Part shown: positions 48,204 to 61,022 of the stretch, in pieces | How the letters are laid out: the number at the start of each line of letters is the position of its first letter | Position numbering within the stretch: position 1 is the first letter of the stretch | Origin: Utricularia gibba | Lineage: Eukaryota > Plantae > Magnoliophyta | Length of the DNA stretch: 64,000 bases | Assembly: GCA_002189035.1 (NCBI GenBank) | Contig: NEEC01000004.1 | Span: 2,604,001 to 2,668,000 of the forward strand | Reading direction: 5' to 3' | Made by a program: the position numbers and the translations under genes | The notes under the pieces: model-generated | Databases searched by the model: none | What the model was told of the DNA's origin: nothing | Seen by the model: only the letters and a program-made list of their open reading frames with translations

Positions 48204-49677
48204 CGCAAATAACCTTCAATTCACTGCAATCTAGAAGGCCATCTCACGTGTGCCTTCTAACTCGCCTTAATTCCAAACTGAAAATATTCACATGTTATTC
48301 CCAATATAACGCTAAAATATCCCGTGGTAGATCCCAGCCCATTAAGAGTCAGGATGATAGAGTTGAAAAAAATGTAAGAACCAACTTTATACGGTCAAAG
48401 ATAAAACTCAGCATCCAGCCGGTGTTCATACCACATAAAAACACCAAAGTGAAGTAATTTGCAAGTAAAAAGTAAAACTACTGGATCCATAAGAACAACC
48501 ACATGATAGCATGTCCCCAACTGCCAAGGAACTTGTTTAAGAGAATTAAATTCCGAGCAAAAATTTAGATTTACTCGCGTAAAATCCAATTTCGTCAAAG
48601 ACTACAGTAACTCCGGGGAAATTAGGATGTCAAATCGCAATCAACAACCGCATATGAATGTATGACTGATACGCGAGAAAATAAATGGAAACTAGCATAC
48701 AGACAACCCAGAAACCTGGAAAGGCGTAATGGAACCAAAAATGTGTTTTCCACTGCAGAAAGCGCACAAAAAAGAACACCCAGTAAAAAGAACACAGAAT
48801 AAAGTGACGACCCAGAAAAGATATGGGAACAAAAAAAGTGCGACTGCCATCGTTTGTTACAGTGAAGAACTCACGTAAGCGTTAGCGGCTCCTCCTGCAG
48901 TGTTGACCGTGTGTGCATTCAGAATTGAGATCGCCCGCCCCTTCAGTGATGGACACACAGATTCTTATGTGGTTCTTTTCTTCTTTTTTATTATTCCATT
49001 TTTAGTGCAAATCATTTAAGATTAAGCATCAAATCTGTGGCAGGCGATGAGTGTTGACCAACCACAAGCAACAACTGTTCACTGATCAAAGGTAATCCAT
49101 GACATCAGCGGGACATCTGATCCCAAAGCACATGAGTCACGCCTGATGTCAGCAACATTAAATGGCAGAATATTCCCTTTTATCATCACACATGACCTAA
49201 AGTGGTGGGGAGCTTCGGTTTGCCAAATGCCTGCAAAAAACACTTTTGTGGTTGGGTGAATGCCTTTTATTTTAAATTTAATTATTTTTTATCATAGATG
49301 TATTTGAAGATATGTATTCTTGTACACATATATTCTTTCAATATATGTGTATAATAAAAAGTTTTAAAATAAAACTGTTTTTAAATTAAATTATTTTTAA
49401 AATGTAAAAGTGTAATTAAAAATATTTAATAAACATTATGAAGAAATTGTAAAGTTTTAATTTAAAATTTTCAATAATAATTATAACATATAAATGACAC
49501 TTAAAAAATAATCATTTGGAAAAAAAACACATAAATTAATTATCTGAAAAAAATCATACGATAAAAAAAAGTATTTGGAAAAAATGTAATTGGAAAACAT
49601 GAAAATTTTTAAAATTTTTTGCATTTTTATTTTTCTAATATAATTAGAATGAAATTTTTCTTAATAAAAATATAAAC

Positions 49678-49948
49678 TAAGGTTTAACATCATTATATTT
49701 ATATTTTTTATAAGTAAATAAGCAAAACCTTGTTGCATAGAGGGTTACATTTATATCAACTTATAACTATGTATTACAAGTCTTTATTATATAAAATCTC
49801 CATTTAATAGCAAAAATTGAGTAATTCGTTGTTGCCACTTGTAAATTGACCTTAATTTGTAATATAAGTCTAAGGTCTAACATCATTATATTTGCATTGT
49901 ATTATAAGTAAATAAGCAAAACCTTGTTGCATAGAGGGTTACATTTAT
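49678..49948. repeat. ~78-bp direct repeat pair with a 45-bp identical core
   Basis: ATAAGTAAATAAGCAAAACCTTGTTGCATAGAGGGTTACATTTAT at 49710-49754 and 49904-49948. Confidence 0.85.
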
Positions 49949-52060
49949 GTGTCAAAATCAACTTCTTTATCTTTATTGTTGTCAATCTATGGATATTGTT
50001 TTGTATTGCTCCACATAGTATTTAGTAATTTTAACTTTATTTATGTGTTTATTCGTAAAATTGAACTGAATTATCAATTTAATTCATACTAGGTTTTTAA
50101 TGTTTTTCTAAGTCTAACAAGAATTTTTTGGAGCATGACATATGAGAAAAGGAACAAGATAGACTATTTTAACCACTCAAAATTTATAGGTCACTAAGTT
50201 CAAATCGCAAGCACTACACAATGCAGAAAAAGTAAGGATATTTTGGAATTCGAAAAATAAAAAAAAAATGTATGAGATATTTTCAATGGAGCAAACAATA
50301 CATTTACAATAATTTTGGGGTCAATTAGAAAAATATATCCAATATGGATAATATTTACAGTTTGACATATCACATAGTACACATGTGGATTTTGGCAAAA
50401 TTGCAGAGTTCTATTAAACTACATACAATAAGTAATTTGCCAAATTTGTATTTTTTAATAAAATTTTCAATTGATTAGATCACTAATCTCGTCATCTAAT
50501 ATATATGCATCATAGTTTGAAGATATAACCTCAAAAATTCATTATAAACTATATTTGATGCAAATGTTAGTTACCATATTAAAAGCAAATTCCAATTTCT
50601 TCAAGATGAATCTCATTAGAATTTCATCATTCATGTTAAGGTCAAGTCCTACTAGATTACATGAGATAACAACTTGCAAGTAAAAATCAATGGACCACAC
50701 AAATGATACTTCAAACCCCATAAGATATGTTAATAACTAAATCGTGTAGGATACAATGATTCACCTAGTAATAAATCAGCACATTCTTCATATTATATTG
50801 GGACATATACGACCATATCATCATTAATACCTTTCTCTAAGATTCACTATTACACTCTTCAAGAACATTAATTATTGGAATCAACTCAAGAACCATATTC
50901 CAAAAAGATATTCTAATAAATAATGAAATTAATATGAATTTAAAAAGTTATATAAAAAAATATTTAATACAAATATTGATAAATTATAAAATTTGAATAA
51001 ATATTTTCTAAAATTTAATGTAAAAAAATATTTAAAATATATGAAATTTTTAATACAATCTAATAGGCATTGCTTATAACGTCTCAAGAATCAATTTATT
51101 TATAACAGTTTTTAAAATTATGGATTACTTAAAATGATTTGAAAATATATAAATAAAATGAAACTACTTCCTATAGTATTCTTTAAAAAAATATTTGTTA
51201 GTGTACTGAACAAGTTTATTTGAAAATATGAAAAAAATGAAACTAAAACATTATTATCAATAAATATTTATTAAAATACAGTCATTTATTTTTATAATAT
51301 TAAAAATATACTTTTTTTTTCATTTAAAATAGGAGTATTCAGCAAAGAAAAATAAAATACAATATTCAAGAAACACTTCTGTAAATAGAGGTACTTGCTA
51401 AACTCTTGATTACAATATGGTATTTTGAAAAATGTCTCGGCGGACCTGCGCTTCATGGACATGCGAACCTAACAAACGGCCGACGACTAGTAAGCAAGTT
51501 GGGTGGCGGTGGGCTACGCTGCAGCACTTTTCATTCTCGACAAATACCCGATTGCCGCAGTTAAAGATCGCATCGGACATGTGAAATACAAGTTTTGGTT
51601 TAAGCCCTAAACCAAGCTAAAGAACGAAGGATGCCCCGCCCCATTCAGACACATACTTGCTGCCACCCACATGTGTAATGCCACAACTTGGTTCTTCATT
51701 ATTTTTCACACCATCATACGAGAGTTTGAAACACTAATATCATGGGAGGCTTTTTATTCGTGAACAGAAGAAGCACAAGTAATTTCAACAACACAGGAAA
51801 CAGCATATAAAAATCTGTAGGCAATAGGTACACCAGAGCATTCTATGTTGGGCACTAAAAACTTCACATGTTCCTGCACCTGCAACAATGCAGTAAACAG
51901 ACGTATGTAAAACCTTCGAGCCACAGAAAATCAGCTAGCATTCTCTTCTTAGAAGCAAAATAAAAAAGCAGCGTAGCCATATGAGCTTCAGTTGCACAAC
52001 ATGGAAATTCTCACATGATGAAAAGTGCAAGGAGTGCTTACCATGATTCCCTTTATTCAT

Positions 52061-55031
52061 CTACACAGCATTGCTTGGGGGATTCCATACGATGTCTTTC
52101 AACCCAGTGTGAAGGTCATTGTAGAACTGTTCAAGAACAGACAGCAAAGCGGGGCTCAGCCACAAGGTGCACCACCATCATGAATGTTTAATATATCATA
52201 TTTCAACTTAAACTAGTTCAGGGCTGATCTTGAGAATATTTTAGGACTCTAAAATAGGCTCATCAAGTGATAAGAGTGAAAGAATTACCTTGTGAAATTC
52301 CAAGGTATCTCCTCCAGACTTGCGAAGCTCTACCATGTGAAGTGAGGGAGCAACCTCGAAGATCTGCAAAGGTATTTGGCATTTAGAACAGTAGATGCTA
52401 TACATAAACTAGTATTATTGAAAGAGAGTTTCAAGGTTATCCATATAATGGACCTCCGTTGTGATGGCTAGATGACCCTTGCGTCCCGATTTCTCACCAC
52501 TAAGTTTCATCTGAAACCAGAAGATACGAGGACATCAGCAAAAATAAAAAATAAAAATAAAAAGAACAAAAAATAAGAAGAAGAAATTTCCATCCCAATT
52601 CAGGAAATACAACACCTTGTAGTTGCTCTTTTTTACATCAAAACCCATAGGCATAGCAGCTCGCTCAATTTTTGAGATGATCTCATCTGCAGGACATTTT
52701 GAAGTAAATCTAGTTTCTCGCTTCACAAGCCCCTAGAATAGGAAAAGAAGCATCAAGTGTTATTGAATGTGATTTTTTCCCAATGAGTCAAAAGCTCATG
52801 TTCATGTACCATTTGCTTTTCAAACAAGGAACTGAGATTAAGACCCTGCGAAGTAGATATAAGTTGAAAAGCATTCATTGTCACTGGTGTGGCAGATGTC
52901 CTTTCTTCACGCCTCTCCACAACAAGGCCCGAGGAATCCTGAGTTAGAACAAACAATTGTTTCAAATTCCACCATTCCCAAATTGAAATTTAAGCCTGAT
53001 CTCAAACTCATGGAGCGGCAAACAAAGAATGAGATAAAATGGCATACCAACCTCAGATTCATTGAATATTGATTCAACATCATCAAGATTGACTTCTCCA
53101 TGCTCAAAAATTGGTTTAGTATAACCTTTCTTGAACCACTCATTCTCAAGAATTTCCGCAGTCGTGATTCTCTATTTCATATTTAAAAATATATACCATT
53201 CAAATTCAATGAATGCATCAGAAGCAAGAACCTAATACACAATAACAAGAGCCAAACTGTTATAAGACATAAGCTTACATACCGTGGCAGGATTTGGGTC
53301 AAGGATTCTTTTGATAAGCCTCTTAGCACTGGAAGAAAACCATCCAGGACATGAAAAATCTGCCTTGAATATCTGCATCAAGAATGTTTATTTATACAAT
53401 TCATTCAGGACTGAAAAAAGTCATCATGCTGGCAACCCATACACTGATAACTGATCCATCTCTTTGGATTCTGAATATGAACCATGCTGAGAATTTATTC
53501 AAGGTACCTTTTTGTATAATGCCATCAGATTTGATTCTTCAAAGGGTAGATAGCCAGCCATGAGAACAAAAAGAATAACACCACAAGACCAGATATCAGC
53601 CTTCGCTCCATCATAGCCCTTATTGTTGATTACCTTGAAATAAAAAGAATTGAAGAATAATTTGAATTAAAGAGACAAAAAAACGTACAGCTTGGAGGAG
53701 AAAGTAGTACCTCAGGAGCAACGTAATTTGGAGTACCACATGTCGTGTGAAGCAGCCCATCTTCCTGATACCACATCAAGTAAATGAAAATCATTTGTGT
53801 ATTCAACTACTCAACTCTTAGGGGAGAAGGTTATATATCAATGTGCACTCATACCCGGACTTGCTGAGGTAGGGCGCTCAACCCAAAATCTGACACCTTC
53901 AGACCTCCCTTGGAATCAAGCAACAAATTCTCCGGCTGCATAATGACCACTTCATTACCATCACCATCCATAAGAAAAGGTTCAAATGAGAGGAACAGTC
54001 TTGCCTTGAGGTCTCTATGGTAAACCCCTCGGCTGTGGCAATAATCAATTGCATTGATGAGCTGCTGAAAGTATTTTCTGGCTTCATCTTCTTTGAGCTT
54101 CCCCCTTGAAGACTGCAAGACCGAATGGAACACAGCAGGTCCCTTTAGGTAATAAATGATGGCAAGTGATCCTACTCCCACTATGGAATTGCAGATCTGC
54201 AGTACTTACGATCTTATCAAACAGTTCACCTCCAGTGATAAACTCCATGACTATGTATATCTTTGTTTTGCTAGCCATAACCTACATGAGGATTGAGCAG
54301 GATATCCCATTACGACAGTCACGCTTACCAAAAATATTCACATTGAGGATTCCATCATCGTAGAAATAGTTCATGGGAGTAAACAGGCATGACAAAAGAA
54401 CCGGTAGTAACCTCGAACATGTGAATGACATTTGGATGCCTTATCAGTTTCATGGTAGAGATTTCTCGCTTTATCTGTCAAGGAAAATTGTAAGATGTAA
54501 TCATGTTTCAATAAAAACAGAACCACCACAAAAAACAGAAAATTAACACAAGAACCCCGCCAAATAGAGGATTTATTTACTGATAATAATCAATTTTCAA
54601 ATCCGTTTGATGATAAAAAGATCCTTCCCAGAGAAACGTTGATGGCTTATACGCTAGAAACACACTGAAGATCCAGGCTACAAAACAGGAAACAAACAAG
54701 CCAATTGCATGGATTTTTCGAGTGGAAGAGAACAAATACGACAACCCAATTCAATGAGGGAAAAAGGTAGGTGCTCCTAACTGACCAAAAAGGTTTCAGA
54801 AAATAGACTTGAAGAACGAAAGATCACCTGCCCTATCATTTTATGCTTGAGAACCTTGTCTTTATCCAGAATCTTGATAGCCACGCTCTCCCCAGTCTCC
54901 ACGTTCTTTGCAAATTTCACCTTAGCAAAAGTCCCTTCCCCTAAAGTTCTTCCCAATTCATATCTCCCCACCCGGGTCCTGGAACTTGTGCTTCCGCTTC
55001 TGCTTCCACCCGCAGTAGAGCTTGACGCCAT
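52061..55031 (-). CDS. CIPK23: CBL-interacting protein kinase, CIPK23-like (intron-rich clade, NAF domain)
   Basis: Exons 55031-54828, 54474-54412, 54281-54210, 54112-54005, 53935-53855, 53764-53711, 53633-53508, 53372-53283, 53171-53052, 52938-52810, 52732-52616, 52510-52454, 52363-52289 and 52126-52061. Motifs [44 protein letters not shown]. One GC-AG intron. Confidence 0.9.
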
Positions 55032-55745
55032 CACCCTCTCCAATGCGAACCCCTTGACCAGTAAAATTTATACGACCGAAATCTGGTCCCCAATACAAAT
55101 ACCATCCATTTTGCCTCCTTTGGATCAGACAATTCACTCGCTCGGGATGTGCTAGAGCCTCTTCTTTTTGCAAGGTTGCCAAACCTGCGATTTCTCTGCA
55201 TTCATCTTCCCTTGTTGCGGCAGCTTTCGCGAAACGTTGTCGTCATAAACCCTGAAACGCGGACAGCAAAATCAACAACGCCATCAACAAGGCCATAGGC
55301 AAGAAAAGACGGAAATAGCAGGACGTAGCCATAAAATAGGACCTGAGGGTCTCCAACTCAGAGACCGAGATGAGGATGCGAACGGACGAGGACAGGGAGA
55401 ATTATGCAGGAAGAAAGGGATTTTGATGTTATCAGGGGGGCGGTTGCTTTCCAATTTCCATGAATGGGACCCGAGAATTATATTATTATAATACTAAAAA
55501 TAGAATAATAATCCCATTATTAGTTCCAGGTATATCCCCCCGCCGGGCCGGTCGCCCTCCAACTCTCGATTATTCCTTTGTCCTCTCTTCCTCCGTAGTC
55601 AAAATGTCATCTGATATCAATCTACAAAATGACTACGATATCCGCAGAGGCTGTGGGTGGGCCCCGGCGGCTGCTTTGATGCGCACTTTTTCACGTTTGT
55701 CCAAACCTGTGCCAAGTTCAGTTACATATCCAAAACTTGGAAGCC

Positions 55746-57476
55746 TCAGCTACCACGAGGCGAAGTATCTCGGTTGGTAGCCTGCCTCAGTCTTATTCTT
55801 GGGATGATGAGAGGTTTGCAGCAGATAAGAGCGAACACCAACTCCAATACAAAGAAAGATGAGCTGACCCACACGAACAATGTCTTCTTCCAAAGCCAAA
55901 GAACTCTTTTTGGGAAAGGAAGTTCCGACTCCAGAATCAAAGAAGCACCATAAATTTCAGGAATGCCAGCACCGGGTAGGTGGTCAGCCCTCTGTTCCAT
56001 GACAACCCGCACGGCACAAGTAGGGACATCGCCTTCAACGAAACCTTTGAAGCTTATTTTCAAGGTCTGGGTTTCAGAGGAGTAGCCGGTGAGAAGAGGA
56101 GCTAGTCTGAGAAATGTCATCAGGAGATGGATAGGCTGACTTCGGTAGACCAACAAGCATGGTCGCCTAGAGCTGGCTAACCGGTTGCCTTCACTATCAA
56201 CAAAGTCAACTCTAACCTTCACCAAACAATAAAAAGCCCTAGGTTAGATACAAAATCCGCTTCAACTAAATAAAGTATTTCTCGGATATTTTCCATTCCG
56301 AGAGGAACACGGGAGTAATGTTTTGCAGCAACTCTAGCACAAAGACTGAGACCATCAAGCAACAGTGAAGCTAAATCACTTGAAACACTAAGAATGTGAT
56401 GCGTCCCAAAGACACTAGCAAAAGCTGGGCATATACAGAAACTCAAACGTGAATTATCACCTGAAAAATCCCAAGATTGTGGTTGTAAACTGACTCAGGC
56501 AACGTCAAGGAAACGGTAGCCTGCAATTTATGATGAGGAGGTATAACCCTTGGGCCACCCCCTTGATTTTCACCTTCTCTGCAATGTATACATCATGATT
56601 CAATTTGTTTCCAGCTAAAATTGGTACAAATGCCACGGGACTCTTCTGTGTATAATCGAAGTTCAAGGTATTCTTCATTCTTATTGGCTCTTTGATCACA
56701 ATATTTACCAATATGCCACCAACCACGAAAGCTGAAAGCAGCAAAATAACCAGCACTGCACAAACATAACTCGACCACAGTAGACCCCAACCACACTTGA
56801 GGATGAGCTTCCAGAGATCTTTATTTTCTGACAACCAGTTATGCACTGATGACGAAACACGCCCAAGTGCAAGCAAGCAAATCCTTCTCATCCTTTGAAT
56901 AAAATATTCCTTGCAACGATCCAAAAAACCAAATGGATCAACTATGATGATATGAAGTCTGAACATTAACCTCATGGGGAACAATAGAATAACAAAAAAG
57001 TAATGAACTTGAAGGCTGATGGCTTTCACCAGGAAACCTGCTAGTAAGAACAAAAAGCTTGCATGTGCCTCATCATTTGACCTGAGATCCTGCCTGACAA
57101 CCGGTATACTGTCAGCTGAATTATTAACAGCATCATCCATGGGAGGTTGCTCAGAATAAACAGCATTTTGTAGACCCTGCAACAGGTAATCTGATTCCAC
57201 AGAATGAGACACTTGATTTCCAGAATTCTTGGGTGTTGAGGACCCAATCGAATCACCACTAGTAGAGGACTTGAATGATCTTCGGCGACGCAGACTTATA
57301 GGATGCACAATTTCCTCCACAAGAAGTGGCTCTGTAAATGTAATGCAACCTGAATCCGCAACTTCCGCTTCAAATGTATCATCAAACAATTGCTCTTCAC
57401 AATCATAGAAGATGAAGTCCGCTGCATCAAAGAATTCTTCCAGTTCATACTGTGCATCAATCTTTGCTTCCTCCAT
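55746..57476 (-). CDS. SEIPIN2: Seipin (SEIPIN2/3 type, lipid-droplet biogenesis); one apparent 1-nt frameshift
   Basis: Exons 57476-56461 and 56216-55746. N-terminal FFAT-like EEFFDAAD, TM1, LNFDYT, (after the frame shift) RVIPPHHKLQATVSLTLPES..NLGIFQ|VRVDF, EIYGASLILESELP and TM2. Frame break at the C5 run 56558-56562. SEIPIN2 versus SEIPIN3 not resolved. Confidence 0.88.
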
Positions 57477-60400
57477 CGTCAGTTTTTCAGTGTGGTCGAC
57501 AAACAAGCAGATCCATGAATCAGCAAAACATCATAACTAGTCAGCTTCTGTTCGTTCCCACAAAACCACAGTTCTCAGAATGGCTAATCCCTGCCACATA
57601 GAGCAGAGAGAGAGCATTTGTCAGACCCGAAATCGTGTCCTGTATTTTGCAGTCATTGCTCTAACAAGCACTCATTTTCCTTATCTTGGACAATGATTAG
57701 TATTTCAGGGTCAAGTTGTCACTTACAATAAGTGAGATGCTTGTCATCTTGTTTTAAAAAGTGGAAGAGGAAAAAAAAATAGCTTAAAAAGAACCAATTC
57801 TTCATCAAACATCAAATTCAAACAATCTCAAGAAAAGCACTTTTCAGGACATTAAAATCCGTAAAATTCAGCACAAAGTAGTCATGAAAACAGCCAGCGA
57901 AGCTAGTCCTCCAACTCCAATAAGTCAGTAAATAACCAACATAAAAAAAAAAATTATGTCATAGAAACACTCAGCATAAAGCATGTAATGAAAATGATTT
58001 GCTTGTTTCGGGCACAAGCATCCTAAACACACGAATTTTAAAAACAAGAAACATTAATCTTAACTATGGCCAACCCCTTGTTTCTTTCTTCCATAGTATG
58101 CCTAAAAAACAAGGAACACACTGGAGAGACCTAGAAATAGGCATCCGAGTAGAGTCGAGCTAATCTCGCTTCACTTACACAACGGCTGCTACAAATCTGG
58201 CTTGTTTCTTGTTCTCCAGTGGGTTGCGGCATCCATCTGCTTCCGTTATCTAGCCCGCTGATCGTTTTCTTGCCGTCGCGTGCAAATCCAACTCCTCCAT
58301 TAGAGGTGGTTTTGTTCAAACTGCAATTCAATACAATTAAATAAATTGATTTGTGGAAAATCCATTAGATTAAGTCCTTCCGTTTAATGTTGGTTATTAT
58401 TTTATGGTCAATTATCATTTCTGATGGCTTTAATTAAGAATAATGTTTACTTATGTTGTGATTATTTTCCGATTAATCGTAATTCACTTGCTTCAAATGG
58501 ATATTCTTTCTTTTTTATGTATAGCACATTTTGTTATTTTTTCTAACTGAGAAAAAAATAATAAAATAATTTAGCCCTCTTTTACATGTTTTTTTAGTAC
58601 TCTTCAAGTCATTCAGAAATATTAAAATCAGGTTTAATAGATTATATCATGTATGAAGAACTACGCGTGTTCCCCAAGCATATATTCTGCCCCTTGTAGA
58701 TCAGTGAGGACGTCTGCAGAGGGGGTAATGCAAACGGGATTTCGGTGAACACCAATTTCTAATGTCATATGAGCACAACAACCCATCCCTTTGTTGTACT
58801 TATGCTTAAAAGCCACATAATTCAGTATTTTGTAATGGTCTATCCACTTTTACAACAATTTTCAGAATTACAAGTTTGAAGAATTTATTTTTAAGTTGTT
58901 AAAAATATTCGACATATTTTCATATAGCATGTATATTCGAATTGTTTATAATTTAAATACTTTGATTGTGCATCATTGTTAATTTAATTGTTACATTTGT
59001 TTATTTTACTGTGTTGATAAAGTATTTATCAAGATTTGAAATGTATGTTACTTGACATGATATGCTAGAATAAACATGTGAGAGGTTATGAGATGAATTG
59101 ACTTAATTTGTGATGTTAAACAATACATACATAGTATTTTATATATATCAATATAGTATTATTTAGATTGGTTTATGAAAATTTTTTAACTTGAGGTTTT
59201 ATTATATCTTATATATTATTGTCTAAGATTTGTTATTATTTAATTTGTTAAAATATACAAATTAGTGATAATAATGATCTAAATGGATGGTGTATGAAGG
59301 ATTTTAAATAATCAAGATAGAATTCATTAATTCGGGTAAACGTAGATGAGACTTAAAATTTTCAAATTGTTTCGTTGAATAAATTCCGTACCAGGATAAC
59401 AAGATAAAGAAATGAGATTCCAAGTTCTTGTTTATATGTCGAAATAGATATTCAAGATAACATTGATGATTTTGATGAAATGAAATTTGAAGATACATGA
59501 TTTTATTTTAGATCAAAGTTTCTAATAAAGAGATATTCATATTTACATCAATCAAGGTTTATTATTAAATTTTGTATTCAGTTTTAATAACTTAAATACA
59601 ATATGTTATATTAGGCATCTCTTGAATTTTATGATAAACACGATATATTGGGACAATATCGTTGTTAGAGAAATTAGATTTATCGCTTCTCATTGTCGAT
59701 TAAAAGTAAACCTAGTTGGTCATGCACAAATCAATTAGAAATTTTTCGAGATATTTGTGAATCATATTTTTGATAGATTCTAACATGTCTTTAAATTTGA
59801 ATCATAAATGGTTAAAGTTAATCAAATGTTTTATCACTTGACAAAATTGATGATATGGGTCTAAGCCCATATCAATTACTAAGGCTCAAAATAATATAGG
59901 TTGATGATTTGAGCCTAAATCCCAAGCCCATAAGGTGAGCTTTCAAAAGCATGCTAACGTTTTGAATATTAATATGTGACATTTGGAGAAGGGAAATGTG
60001 TTTCATCTCCAAGGAGAATAACAATTGGGAAGGTTTTGGGAAACTGGCAGGATGCCAATAAGTCAACAAAGAAACAAGACCGATGAATAACAAATTGAAG
60101 AAGAAAATTTGACTTTGTATTCGAGTTTTATAGTAATTTTTATTTATTCTTTGTGTTTCTTTAGATATATTAATAGTATTGTGTTTCCCTAAGATGTTGA
60201 TTCAAAAATTGAATAAATAATTGATACTAATATGAGATATTGGCTTTGATATTTTTGTGTTTTTCTTAATATCTTAATTTAAGAGTTTAATTAAGAATCG
60301 AAGTTAATATGAGATATTAGCATTAATGTTATCGTATTTCTTCTGATATATTTTCAAGAATGAATCATGTGTTGATGCTAATATCTCATATTTATTTCAT

Positions 60401-61022
60401 GAGATGTTATAAATATATTTTGAGTAAAATGTATAAAATATATTTATTGATTTTAATTTTATCATATGAATGAACTAGATACAACATATTTTTTATGCTC
60501 ATTTATAATATGAGATATTATTGATTATGAAGGGGGAAAATTTTAATTTCTGAATTCAAGCAAGATACAACCTTTGATACTTAGTTTAGGATACATAACT
60601 TGTTTAGTCAAAGGCCTAGCAAAAGTTTTCAGACAATACTTCGTTTAGGATATGTAACTTCAATGTAGACGACCAACTTATTTCCTTACCTGTCCATACC
60701 TGCTGCACATTCTTTGTTGCTTTAAATCTTGTTGCTATGTATCATCACGACTACCTTGCAATCCGATTAATCAAGGACAGATCTACAGATTTTTCAAAAT
60801 CATGCGACATCGCTTGCCTAAGGGGAGTCTCTATTACGATGGCAATCAAAACCGCTGTAAAACACAACTTCAATGTTCCAAGTATACAGACTTTTGAAGT
60901 ATTCTATTGACATGGAACCACATTCATCCTCTCGCCAGTCACATGCCTAGTGCACATTATTTTCCCCATACAGGAGTAACAGCTTACATAAAATAAAAGG
61001 AAACATGCTTCCATTGGGCAAG

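Noticed and set aside
50400-50920. LTR-like remnant upstream of ABCC, and a similar stretch at ~59300-60110
   Set aside because: No termini, PBS, PPT or translatable motif could be established by eye.
51430-51620. GC-richer patch with CTAGT as a Helitron 3' end
   Set aside because: No convincing subterminal hairpin or matching 5' TC end.
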